Positions 37,744 to 51,607 of a stretch of DNA of 64,000 nt are shown piece by piece. Each line of letters opens with the position of its first letter. Positions within the stretch are counted from its first letter, which is position 1. The translations under genes and the position numbers were made by a program. The stretch lies in contig NW_027361869.1 in NCBI RefSeq assembly GCF_039654945.1, positions 7,936,001-8,000,000 on the forward strand, read 5' to 3'. The notes under the pieces were generated by a model. It searched no databases. It was not told the origin of the DNA and saw only the letters and a program-made list of their open reading frames with translations. Source of the DNA: Dendrobates tinctorius. Taxonomy: Eukaryota.

Positions 37744-40700
37744 CTGATCATGCAGTTCTGCTGGGATGAGGTAGTGGCACAGATCATACAGCTCTGCAGG
37801 GATGTTTCAGTAGCACAGATCATACAGCCCTGCAGGGATGAGGTGGTGGCACTGATCATACACCTCTGCGGCGACAAGGTGGTGGTACTGATCATACAGC
37901 TCTGCAAGGACCAGGTGGTGGCACTGATCTTAAAGCTCTGCAGGGATGAGGTGGTGGCACTGATCATACAGCTCTGCAGAGAGGAGGTGGTGGCACTGAT
38001 TATACAGCTTTGCAGGGAGGATATGGTAGCATTGATCATTCAGCTCTGTGTGGATAAGATGGTGGCACTGATCATACAGCTCTGCAAGGACGAGGTGTTG
38101 GCACTGATCATACAGCTTTGCGGGGACAATGTGGCTGCACTGATTATACATCTCTTTAGGGATAAGTTGGAGCCACTGATCATGCAGCTCTGCAGGGATG
38201 AGGTTGTGGCACTGATCATACAGCTCTGCAGGGATGAGTTAGTGGCTCAGATCATACAGCTCTGCAGGGATGAGGTAGTGGCACAGATCACACAGCTCTG
38301 CAGGGACGAGGAGGTGGCACTGATCATACAGCTCTGTGGTGAGGAGGCGGTGGCACTGATCATAAGGCTCTGCAGGGACAAGGTTGTGTCACTGATCTTA
38401 CAACTCTGCAGGGAGTAGGTGGTGGCATTGATCATTCAGCTCTGTGTGGATAAGATGGTGGCACTAATCATGCAGCTCTGCAGGTATGAGGTGGTGTCAC
38501 TGATTATACAGCTCTGCAGGGAAGAGGTGGTGACACTGATCATACAGCTCTGCAAAGACGAGGAGGTGGCACTGATCATACAGCTTTGTGGGGACAATGT
38601 AGTTGCACTGATTATACATCTCTTTAGGGATAAGTTGGAGCCACTGATCATACAGCTCTGCAGGGACGAGGAGGTGGCACTGATCATACAGCTCTGTGGA
38701 GACAAGGTGGTGGCACTGATAATACACCTCTGCGGCGACAACGTGGTGGTACTGATCATACAGCTCTGCAGAGAGGAGGTGGTGACACTGATCATACAGC
38801 TCTGAAGGGAATAGGTGGTGGCACTGATGATACAGCTCTGTAGGGATGAGGTGGTTGCACTGATCATACAGCTCTGTAGGGATGAGGTGGTTGCACTGAT
38901 CATACAGCTCTATGGGGAGGAGGCGGTGGCACTGATCATAAGGCTCTGTAGGGACAAGGTTGTGTCACTGATCTTACAGCTCTGCAGGGAGTAGGTGGTG
39001 GCATTGATCATTCAGCTCTGTAGGGAAGAGGTGGTGACACTGATCATAAAGCTCTGCAGGGATGAGGTAGTGGCACAGATCACACAGTGCTGCAAGGACC
39101 AGGTGGTGGCACTGATCATACAGCTCTGCAGGGACGAGGAGGTGGCACTGATCATACAGCTCTGCGGGGACAAGGTGGTGACACTGATAATACACCTCTG
39201 AGGCGACAAGGTGGTGGTACTGATCATACAGCTCTGCAGAGAGGAGGTGGTGGCACTGATCATACAGCTCTGAAGGGAATATGTGGTGGCACTGATCATA
39301 AAGTTCTGCAGTGACGAGGTGGTGGCACTAATCATACTGCTTTGCAGGGAGAAGGTGGTGGCACTGATCATACAGCTCAGCAGGGAGGACGTGGTGGCAC
39401 TGATTATACAGCTCAGCAGGGACAAGGTGGTGGCACTGATCATACAGCTTTGCGGGGATAATGTGGTTGCACTGATTATACATCTCTTTAGGGATAAGTT
39501 GGAGGCACTGATCATGCAGTTCTGCAGGGATGAGATAGTGGCTCAGATCATACAGCTCTGCAGGGACGAGGAGGTGGCACTGATCATACACCTCTGCGGC
39601 CACAAGGTGGTGGTACTAATCATACAGCTCTGCAGTGACGAGGTCGTGGCACTGATTATGCAGTTCTGCAGGGATGATGTAGTGGCACCGATCATACAGC
39701 TCTGCAGGGATGATTCAGTAGAACAGATCATACAGCCCTGTAGGGATGAGGTGATGGCACTGATCATACAGCTCTGCAGGGAAAAGTTGGTGACACTGAT
39801 CATACAGCTCTGCTCGCACAAAGTGGTGGCACTTATGATACAGCTTTGTGGGGACAAGGTGGTGGCACTGATCATGCAGTTCTGCAGGGATGAGGTAGTG
39901 ACACCGATCATACAGCTCTGCAGGTATGATTCAGTAGCACAGATCATACAGCCTGCAGGGATGAGGTGGTGACACTGATCATACACCTCTGCGGCGACAA
40001 GGTGGTGTTACTGATCATACAGCTCTGCAAGGACCAGGTGGTGGCACTAATCATACAGCTCTGCAGAGACAAGGTGGTGGCACTGATTATACAGCTCTGC
40101 AGGGAGGAGGTTGTCGCACTGAACATACTGGTTTGCAGGGATGTGGTGGTGGCACAGATCATACAGCTCTGCAGAGAGGAGGTGGTGGCACTGATTATAC
40201 AGATTTGCAGGGAGGAGATGGTGGCACTGATCATACAGCTCTGCAGGGAGTAGGTGGTGGCACTGATAATAGAGCTCTCCCGGGATAATTTGATGGCACT
40301 GATCATACAGCTCTGCTCGGACAAAGTGGTGGCACTTATGATACAGCTTTGTGGGGACAAGATGTTGGCACTGATCATACAGCTCTGCAGTGATGAGGTC
40401 GGCAGTGATGAGGTCGTGGCACTGATCATGCAGTTCTGCAGGGATGAGGTAGTGGCACCGATCATACAGCTCTGCAGGGATGTTTCAGTAGCACAGATCA
40501 TACAGCCCTGCAGGGATGAGGTGGTGGCACTGATCATACAGCTCTTCAGGGAAAAGTTGGTGACGCTGATCATACACCTCTGCGGCGACAAGGTGGTGGC
40601 ACTGATTATACAGTTCTGCGGCGACAAGGTGGTGGCACTGATCACACAGGTCTGCAGGGAAAAGGTGGTGTTATTGAACATACAGCTCAGCGCGGACAAG

Positions 40701-41367
40701 GTGGTGGCACTGATCAGACAGCTCTACAGGGAGGAGGTTGTGGCACTAAACATACTGGTTTGCAGGGATGAGGTTGTGGCACTGATCATACAGCTCTGCA
40801 GGGAGGAGGTGGTGGCACTGATCATACAGCTCTGCAGGGAATAGGTGGTGGCACTGATCGTACAGCTCTGCTGGGACAAGATGGTGGCACTGATCATAAA
40901 GCTCTGCAGGGATGATGTAGTGGCACTGATCATACAGGTCTGCAGAGACGAGGTGGTGGCACTGATCATGCAACTTTTCGTGGACAAGGTGGTGGCACTG
41001 ATCAGACAGCTTTGCGTGTACAAGGTGGTGGCACTAATCAGGTAGCCCTGAGGGGATGACGTGGTGGCACTGATCAAAAAGCTCTGCAGGGATTAGGTGG
41101 TGGCACTGATCATACAGCTCTGCAAGGAGTAGGTGGTGGCACTGATCATACAGCTTGCGTTGACAATGTGGTGGCACTGATTATACAGTTCTGCGGCGAA
41201 AAGGTGGTGGCACTGATCATACAGCTCTGCATGTAAAGGTGGTGGCACTGAACATACAGCTCTGCAGGGAAAAGGTGGTGGCACTGAACATACAGGTCAG
41301 CAGGGACGAGGTGGTGGCACTCATTATAGAACTCTGCAGGGGTGAAGTGGTGGCACTGATCATACAG
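37744..41367. repeat. 36-bp satellite array
   Basis: Same monomer; two extra monomers and a 15-bp duplication relative to 27238-30774. Confidence 0.97.
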
Positions 41368-42417
41368 GCCAAAAATGGGGGACGGGGTATGGAGTATGGC
41401 ATGCGGATGGAGAGCACATTGATGCTGGAACCAGCGCGTCGCCTATCACGCTCGCCCATCAGTACATAGGTTTTCATCTGTGCTTTTTTTTTTTTAGTAA
41501 TTACAGAAAAGCAGGAGGATTTGTGGTTTATTGGCTTAATTAATTTTCTTCTGTTACATAATATTTGTTCAGTGAACCTGCGGATAATTACACTACACTA
41601 ATGTGGGGTTAACCCTCTGTGTAGCTCTAGGACTTTTCACCAATGATGGCAATTAGCTCGATCTGCACGTGCCGCAATCTCCTCAGTCACTTACAGTATT
41701 ATCGGGACTCCCAGCTGTTTCTGCACTGATTACAGGGGGCTATAAGCAGCAGATGTTCTCGAGGAGCCCGATGTGAGATGAAGGTGGCGCATCTATGAAC
41801 ACTGGTAAATAAGAGGGGATCAGCAGGAACAAGGCAAGTAAGAGGTTAAACAGAGGAGGAAAGGCGTCTATGTACATCGCTGAAGGCTGAGGGCGGCGCT
41901 TAACCGAGGATTCCCGCTCATTGTCTGATCGCAGGATCCGTTTGGGGATTTGAACTTCCCGCTCTTCTTCCGCCGAGGATTATTAGCGGACATCACAATC
42001 CGGTCACACAGAGAACCGCGCAGAGTCCGGCCCTCCAGAGCCGCCATCACGGGATCGCCCTCCGGGAGGAGCAGCAGTCACTGATGTGGACAATCACCGG
42101 CCGCCATCCCCCGATACTCCGGGACGTGATAACCGCATGTAATCTCCACAGCGGAGTCAGGGGCCCGAGTATCAAGACATTCACTAATGAGGGACATTTC
42201 CTGTGACTATTCGAGGACTCCTCTCCCCACACAGGTCTGAGGCTTCATGTGATAACCCAGACATGGGCATCCTCACGTGTTTTGTGTTGAACCCCGGAAT
42301 CAAGTGTGTATGGGCACCAACCTACAAACTGGTGGCGGCAGCCCGTGGTGCCTAACGTCAGTCCCATGTGAGCACGCAGAGATCAGCGGCGTCAGCTCTT
42401 GTGGCGACGGTGTGGGT

Positions 42418-42433
42418 GGCTCTTAGAAGAGCC
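42418..42433 (-). terminator. Histone 3' stem-loop (H2A)
   Basis: AAA-GGCTCTTCTAAGAGCC-ACCCA followed by HDE AAGAGCTG. Confidence 0.95.
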
Positions 42434-42466
42434 TTTGGTGTTGTGGACAGAGATCGGCGGCAGCGC

Positions 42467-43554
<1,088 letters not shown>

Positions 43555-43588
43555 TCTGCTCAGTCTGCTGCTCCGCCATCACCCCAAA

Positions 43589-43604
43589 GGCTCTTCTAAG
43601 AGCC
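43589..43604 (+). terminator. Histone 3' stem-loop (H2B)
   Basis: GGCTCTTCTAAGAGCC-ACCACC...CAGAGCTGT. Confidence 0.95.
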
Positions 43605-45307
43605 ACCACCCCATCTCCATCAGAGCTGTGGCTGCTCCTGTGTCCTTTCCCGTCTCCCCGAGTTGTCTGCTCCACCGCCTGGGTCTCTGCGTCTAGTGAC
43701 GGGAAGTGACAGGTGAAGGAAGTAGGGATGATGAATGCTACCAAGGAGATTGTGAGAACCGAGGACCTTCTAAATAATAACCTGGTCACTTCTCCATAAG
43801 TTGCTCTGTGTTCAGGGACTACTCTTTAACCCCTTGCTCCACAGATCTTGATATTCTGGGGTCTCATTCATTTGGTATAACATGATTCGGTTTAGTTCAT
43901 GATACACCATGATGACTAATAACACTTTCTAAGCCGGGATGCTTTGAGACTGAATTTTCTCCCCCATGCAGCACCAGACAGTGAGCTGACGATTTTCCTC
44001 TCTGCACTTAGTTCATGATTCTCGTGTTATTCCTCAAATAACAGTAGACATTTGTAGTCGGTGCAGTTTTATCTAGAGATTATGCTGGAGTCTTCACTGT
44101 AAAGGGAAGCGGTGACGACATTTTAGAAGCAGCGGGAAATTCAAACCCCCTAACCGTCCTGTGTTCAGCCAATCCGCAGAGGGAGGGGAGGAGCTAATGT
44201 TCCCAATGGTTGACACGTTTGCAGTTCCCGCTTTTTCTGTTCTTTGTCTCCATATAACGCGCGGTCCCAGGACGGAGCGATGTCGGGGAATCTGCAGGTG
44301 TTGAGAGGTCGCTGGTCGCTTACATCCCATACAGGAGTCTGCAGCTGTTCCTGGTTAGAGAATGAATCCGCGTTAGGCAGATGCTGTGATGCCCCGTGTG
44401 TCTGACCTGCAGGCGATCACATCTCCCTTTCTCGTCATAATCAGTATTGTGGAGACAATATATTGGCTAGAGATGTATCCTACAAGAGACATTTCAGGGG
44501 AGACCAATTCTGCTCTTCCAAGCAGATCCCACCTGCAGCTCCAGGCAGGAGGTCTGTGATGGGAAATGTGCGATCATGTAGAGAAGATTGCCGAGAGCTC
44601 AGTGCACAATACATTACACTGTGATGTGAGGATCCTCTAGGTCAGACATGTCATGACATCATCCCCCATCACATCCTCCTCACAGATGTTTTTTAAATAA
44701 TTACTGCAGGATATGGGGCGATATTGGCGGCTGGGATCAGTCAGGATCACTGCTGAGCTCTGATTTTCAGCCTTTTCTGTCATTATGTTAATAATTGTTT
44801 TTCCTAATTAATTGTAGCTGACAGCAGGTCCCTACTCTGCAGCAATGTGAGCTATGATGTGGTGGAAAAAAGAATCATTGCCAGGGGAAGAAGAAAACAC
44901 AAATATAAGGACAATAGTGTCATAATTGCCCGAAGTAATGATGACTCCTATCATAGCACAAATGTCCCTAATGCGGGAATATAAGACCTGAATAAAGGCA
45001 GAGAGGGCTTAGCCCTGGGGTTAATATAAATGTAATATTCTCTATGAAAACCGGAGATCCTGTGATTACTGAGGACTGAGCCTTATATCAGGCAGTGTAT
45101 CTACCGGTGTGAGATCCCCTGGGCGGCTGCCTGTAATATCTGTGGTTACAGTCTGTTCTGTCCTCCTGACATATACTGGGGCCGTGTCTGCTCCCCTCTA
45201 TTTGTGCTGCCCATTTATCTATAGGCTGAATCTGGAATAATTCTCATCACAGGGGAAGAAGTGACATTATATTACAAGCTGGAAAGAAAAGGGAAACTGA
45301 ACAATGA

Positions 45308-45450
45308 GCGGGAAATTCAAACTCTCCAACAGTTCTGTGCTCAGCCAAACAGCAGAGGAAGGGAGGAGCTCATGTGGATTCTGTAAGCCCCGCCCTGGGG
45401 CGCGTCATCTCTGCAGTTCTCTCTCTGGTCCGTCTCTCCTGTATATAAAG
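45308..45450 (+). promoter_or_regulatory. H4 promoter
   Basis: GCGGGAAATTCAAA (E2F/CHR-like) 45308-45321, GC box, H4-type GGTCCG 45427-45432, TATATAA 45442-45448. Confidence 0.75.
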
Positions 45451-45470
45451 GAGGGGTCGTTCGGTTTTAG

Positions 45471-45809
<339 letters not shown>

Positions 45810-45839
45810 TTGTATTCTTTTCTGTGCTGATAACCCAAA

Positions 45840-45855
45840 GGCTCTTTTCAGAGCC
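45840..45855 (+). terminator. Histone 3' stem-loop (H4)
   Basis: GGCTCTTTTCAGAGCC-ACCCA. Confidence 0.96.
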
Positions 45856-47502
45856 ACCCACATCTTCTACCTGAGAGGCTACGATTTCCTATTCCTGCAA
45901 TCTGGTGCCTGTAAGTATACTAGTTGTCACAGCCTGGCATGTGTCTTGCACTTTCCTCCTTCCATACTGGAGCTGGCACCGCGGACTTGGGGTGATGTGG
46001 TTTATTCTCCTTGATCTATAATATACAGCTGCCAGGTTCTGGGGGCATACAGTATATCCGCACTGTGCAGCACAGACATCTCTGCACCACAGTACATACC
46101 TCGCTGTGATGTGGTCACTACAGAGCAGAAATCCAAGTTCTGCCGTGAGATGAACGTGATTCTGCTACAGGTCTTCCTGATCAGATCAGTGTGTGTGTCA
46201 GGAGGCAGCGAATACTCCCGGGGATTGTCGCTGGATAGATGCGCCTCCCCCAAAGGCTCCTATCAGAGCCGCACACATGTGTTCTACAATTCCTGATATT
46301 TGATGACTGCGGTGATGGAGTCTGGTCAGATCCTATTTCTCAGGATTGGTGTAAATCCAGTGAGGAGCGGTCACATCCTGTACCGGTAACTGCTCCCCCT
46401 TGTTAGTGGCGGCTCCCCGGTATGTCCAGCGCCTGCATCTCATCACTACCACCCTCCTCATTTACCATCTACATGTGGCCACTGATTGTGACCTCCTGAC
46501 TGCTCCTAATAACATGGACTGGAGCTACAGCCGGCAGCGGTCTCCTGTGCTCGGGCTGATGGATGAAGCCGCTCCCTCCCCGCAGCCGGACATTAGCGGC
46601 TCGTTCCCCTCATGACGGGGAGGTTTCTGGTGTCTTATCCTATTTATCAGTAGTCGGAGCCAGAAGAGAGAACAGAGTCCGCACCCCGAATGTACAGCGC
46701 CGTCATCCGAGCCTGGCGGACCATAGCGAGGACTGGAGATGAGGCGGCTCCGGAGCCTGTGTATTTCTGAGTGCGGAGAGCGCCATCCCTCCAGAGGAGA
46801 AAAAGTCTCGCATACAAGATAACTGCATAAATGTGGTTGGTGAGATAATGAGCAGCGGCCACCGTTCTGGGGATTGAGGGGTTAATACAATCTCACTTTA
46901 CCACATGATCTGCAGGTATAATGGCCGCTTACTCCTGACAGTGATTGGGAAATGATGTCTCTTCCACAAGCAGAGAACAGTCACTGAAGGGTTAATGATC
47001 GAGGGCCGAGAGCACGACTGAGCGGGAGATTCAAACCATCAAACGGTTATAAAGCTCCGCCCACAGGAACCGACCAATCGATAGACGTGCTTCCTCCTCC
47101 GTTTAACTCCTTATTGCCCTTCTACCTGCTGCTCCTCATGTACACGTGTTCTCCCGGCAGCGCTCAGCACATCGGGCTCCTCCTGGTAGAACATGTGCGG
47201 ATTGTATCATCCGATCTGTGCTAGATGCGGCCTCCTGTGATCAGTGCGGACCCCACACGGAGACGCCCAGATATAACGTTACCGGGTCTCCGTGTGGGGT
47301 CCGCTCCGATCACTGCTGGAAGTGGAGTTGAGACTGATCAGCCCTGGAGCTGCAGGCAATGTATACACACCCCGTACGGTGCTGCACATCCTCCATACCA
47401 CCTACTGGGTGGTATACAGCACTACAAAGCCTACGTGTGCTGTATACTCCCCATCTAGTGCTGCAGACACAAATCCGAGAGCATCTGTTCTATATAAGCC
47501 TG

Positions 47503-47692
47503 AATCATGGAATGTTCCAGCTCAGTGCAAGATTCATTAAATCCTCCCAGACGGATGTCTGTCCAGCCTCTGTTTGAAGACTTCCATTGAAGGAGAACTC
47601 AACACCTCCAGTGGCAGCCTGTTCCACTTATTGATCATCCTCACTGTCAAAAAGTTCTCTTTAATATCTAATCCGTGTCTCCTCCCATTCAG
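47503..47692 (-). mobile_element. CR1 LINE 3' fragment
   Basis: Minus strand translates FLTVRMINKWNRLPLEVLSSPSMEVFKQRLDRH, typical of the CR1 ORF2 C-terminus. Confidence 0.7.
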
Positions 47693-47699
47693 AATCATC

Positions 47700-48060
47700 T
47701 ACAGAATACCCCCATATAGTGCTGTAAACCCCAAATAGCTATTGTATGTATAGGCTCACATAGTGCTGGATACCCTCCATATAGTGACATGAGCATAAGG
47801 TAGTGCTGATACCTACATATTGCTGAATACTCTGCACAAAGTGCTGTGGGCCCTCCATATTGTTCTATATAACATCATATGTGGCTGTATACCCCCATAT
47901 AGTGCTGTAAGCTGCCAAATACTGTTGTATACGGACACATTGTGCAGTATACCCTTCAAGTAGTATTATATATCTCCATATAGTGCTGATAATCCAACAT
48001 ATAGTATTTTATAGTTGAATATCCTGTATCCATACAGTGCTGTATACTCCCCATATATTC
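47700..48060. repeat. Degenerate minisatellite (GTGCTGTATACCCCCATATA-like)
   Basis: Recurrent CCATATAGTGCTG-type units. Confidence 0.6.
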
Positions 48061-48229
48061 GTGCACACCCTCATGTATTATGGATTCACGGCAAGGCCTG
48101 CCCTGCTACCAAGTCATATGCACCCCAATAACTCCAATCCCCCCTTGGAATAAAATATAGAGGGCCTTTTAAAAAATGTCTCATTAAAAAAAGAACCAGA
48201 TCTCCTAGACTTGTAATGCCCATACACTA

Positions 48230-48830
48230 AGTGTGTTGGCTGGCAAACATGTTGCCCTGTGGGTTACACCTCAACCTTTTCCATAACCAGTATTTTACGC
48301 CCAGCAAAACCACCCACCCTTGTTCGTGTGAGGACTCCTGGAGTGGACCCTCTGGGCCATGATTCCAACCCACCCTGGGCGAGCTGACCTGGTAAGGACC
48401 ACCCAGGGATACAGGAAGCATCAGAACGCCCTGGGAAATAAAGTACCATGACTGCTGGAACCAGGTGGCAGGCTCGAAGGAGGCACAAGAGACAGTGTTT
48501 AGCAGGATGAAGTGGTGGATGATATAGTAACTGACCCAAGCTAGCAGGAGGACATGCAAAGTGAGGACAGCAGCATAGGGGGAGGGAGGCATAGCGCCCC
48601 AACAGCCAGGAAGAAGCAGTGTGGTTGCCGCAGACAGAAGGCCGGCGACTATTAACAGTAACACCAACATGATGGAAGTTGCCTGTCCATCTGTTAGGCC
48701 TTCTCAAGTCTAGTTGTTTTTTAATACTCTGCCCATAACCCCAAAAAAGGTCATTTGCACCACCTGCCATGCCAGCATCAGCAGGGGTAGCAAAACTACC
48801 AGCCTCACCACCACGAGCATGATCAGGACC
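48230..48830 (+). pseudogene. hAT transposase N-terminal relic (BED finger)
   Basis: EVVDDIVTDPS*QEDMQSEDSS and FFNTLP...VICTTCHASISRGSKTTSLTTTSMIR parallel DDEVLDPSW...SSSEEE and FF...VKCKLCHQRVKRG...LNTTNMWKH in the intact transposase; left boundary approximate. Confidence 0.7.
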
Positions 48831-48896
48831 ATGGTTGGTAGCAAAGCCGGCAGTATTAAAGGTCAGGAATTCGCTCTTCTTGAGGGAGGATTGGGT

Positions 48897-48912
48897 GGCT
48901 CTGAAAAGAGCC
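48897..48912 (-). terminator. Histone 3' stem-loop (H3)
   Basis: GGCTCTTTTCAGAGCC-ACCCA...AGAAGAGC. Confidence 0.96.
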
Positions 48913-48943
48913 TTTGTGTTGCAGTCAGGTGGGCAGGACAGAT

Positions 48944-49423
<480 letters not shown>

Positions 49424-49827
49424 CTATTCACGCTTCATGAGGACACGTCCCCTGCATTCCATTGGTTATTTTGTAGAATGTGAGCAGCGAATAGCGTTTG
49501 ATGTCCGCGACCAATCACTGTACAGAGAAGGCTCAACCTGACTCACAGTTCAGCTATCACCCACTGCTCTGATACACAGGGTCACATCCAATCTCCAGGC
49601 GGCTTCTACAGCGGAAGCTCCGATTCTATATTCCCAGTACCCAGAGCGGTACAGCAGCTCCTCTATAATCAGTCACTGACGCTCCAACTCTCACATCGGA
49701 GTTATAACCTCACACCACTCTTACTAAGATGTGGGTTACAGGTGGTGATAATTAGGATGATGGAAGTAACGTGATTTCTGCTGCACATCGGCCCCCTTCC
49801 CTCCATTACACAGAACTGTCACCTGAA

Positions 49828-50054
49828 GGCACCGATCATACAGCTCTGCGGGGAGGAGGTGGAGGCACTGATCATACAGCTCTGCGGGGACAGGGTGGTG
49901 GCACTGATCATACAGCTCTGCGGGGAGGAGGTGGAGGCACTGATCATACAGCTCTGTGGGGACAGGGTGGTGGCTCAGATCAAACAGCTCTGCGGGGACA
50001 GGGTGGTGGCACTGATCATACAGCTCTACGAGGACAGGGTGGTGGCACCGATCA
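49828..50054. repeat. Six 36-bp satellite monomers fused to the H1 3' end
   Basis: GGCACCGATCA at 49828 and 50044 (216 bp = 6 x 36). Confidence 0.96.
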
Positions 50055-50059
50055 GAGCC
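50044..50059 (-). terminator. Aberrant histone stem-loop (H1)
   Basis: CAAA-GGCTCT-GATC-GGTGCC-ACCACC at the normal position after the stop; 3' arm and loop are satellite-type. Confidence 0.75.
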
Positions 50060-50086
50060 TTTGTGTAAAATAACTGGGTCCGCAAC

Positions 50087-50704
50087 TTATTTCTTGTCCG
50101 CGGGCTTCTTGGCTTTCTTAGCCGGACTCTTGGCAGCTTTAGGTTTGGCCGCCTTTTTAGCCGGACTCTTCGTCGCCTTCTTAGGCTTGGGAGCGGCTTT
50201 CGACTTCTTGGGGCTCTTGGCCGCTTTCTTGGCAGCTGCGGGCTTCTTGGCCTTTTTCGGGCTCTTCTTGGCCGTGGTCAGAGCCTTCTTGGGCTTCTTC
50301 GGAGATTTGGCGGCTTTCTTAGCAGCAACGGGTTTCTTGGGCTTGGCTGCTGACTTCTTGGCCACTTTAGTCTCCTGCTTCTTGTTGAGTTTGAAGGACC
50401 CGGAGGCGCCGCTGCCCTTCACCTGGAGGAGGGTGCCCTTGGTGACCAGAGACCTGACGGCCAGCTTCAGGCGGCTGTTGTTCTTCTCTACATCGTACCC
50501 TCCGGCAGACAGCGCCTTCTTCAGGGCGGCCAGAGACACCCCACTGCGCTCCTTAGAGGCTGACACGGCTTTCACGATCAGCTCGGCGACGCCAGGACCG
50601 GAGGATTTCTTGCTGCTCTTGGCGGCGGATTTCTTTGGCTGCTTCTTGGACTTGGCAGCCGGTTCTGCGGGAGGGGGAGCGGCGGCTGGCGCGGTCTCTG
50701 CCAT
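50087..50704 (-). CDS. H1: Linker histone H1 (205 aa)
   Basis: [12 protein letters not shown], globular domain [25 protein letters not shown]...[15 protein letters not shown]-rich tail; TATA ~50776, CCAAT 50803. Confidence 0.98.
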   Translation of the reverse strand: MAETAPAAAPPPAEPAAKSKKQPKKSAAKSSKKSSGPGVAELIVKAVSASKERSGVSLAALKKALSAGGYDVEKNNSRLKLAVRSLVTKGTLLQVKGSGASGSFKLNKKQETKVAKKSAAKPKKPVAAKKAAKSPKKPKKALTTAKKSPKKAKKPAAAKKAAKSPKKSKAAPKPKKATKSPAKKAAKPKAAKSPAKKAKKPADKK

Positions 50705-51607
50705 CCTATGCTACGGAGCCAAAACACAAAAATCTCCCGATAGGAAAACACTAAGGCCGGAGCTGGAGGAGTCTGTTATATGTACAGGCTTACTGTGCAC
50801 TGATTGGCTGCTGAGCTACACCGTCCTGAGCATCTATTGGCTGACACTGCATACATGCCCCGCCTCTTCCCAGCTGAGAACGAGTGAAGCTCCGCTCTCC
50901 CCTTGTGCTTCCTTGCCCGGAATAAAAGCCCTTTACCGGCTGACACCGGACAGCAGAGCGCGCTTCCTCCGCCGCTTCTTCTTCGCCATCTTCTCCACCG
51001 ACCGTCTGTAGCTGTCACTAGCAGAGACGCCGGGGAAGAGCGGAGAGGAGGTCCCGGGATCATCGCCGTCGTCCTCCAGATCTGCACATCGCTGTGTATC
51101 CGGGAAGATACATCTGCTGGGGGAACTCGTTCCTCCTGTTCCCGGCTCCTGTCACCATCACAGGGATCTTTACTACAATGTCTATCGTACAGGACGCTGA
51201 TTGTACGATGTGGGGACGACCTGGAGCTGCTGAGAGCCCAGAAGGGTAACACAGGCGATGGCTCCGCTGACTGCCGCCTCCCTGACCTGTGACCTCCCTG
51301 TACCCCGTATGTGCGGAGTATTGGGGGTGACAGATGCTCCACATCAGGAGATGATCCACATCGGCGGCTGATTGCAATGACCTGCTAAAATCTGGTCTCA
51401 CCCATTGTGGAGCTGTGACCGCTGAGGCCTGTAATGGTGGAAGAGAACTGATAAGGGGCAGCTTCATAATGCGACTCACTCCCCAACCAGACGCATCTCC
51501 GGGGAGAAAACTGTGAGATATTCCTGGATTTATGTGACCCAACTATTGTGCAAAAGGGGAATATTGGGAGAAAAGAGAAGACACAAAATGCAATTTCTAC
51601 ACAGAGC

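Larger units (their letters stand above)
18350..42108. repeat. ~10.5-kb tandem segmental duplication (~2.25 copies): satellite block + histone spacer + L1
   Basis: Matching ORFs recur at offset 10506 (21256 to 31762, 20118 to 30624), then 10593 (30624 to 41217); left boundary approximate. Confidence 0.93.
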
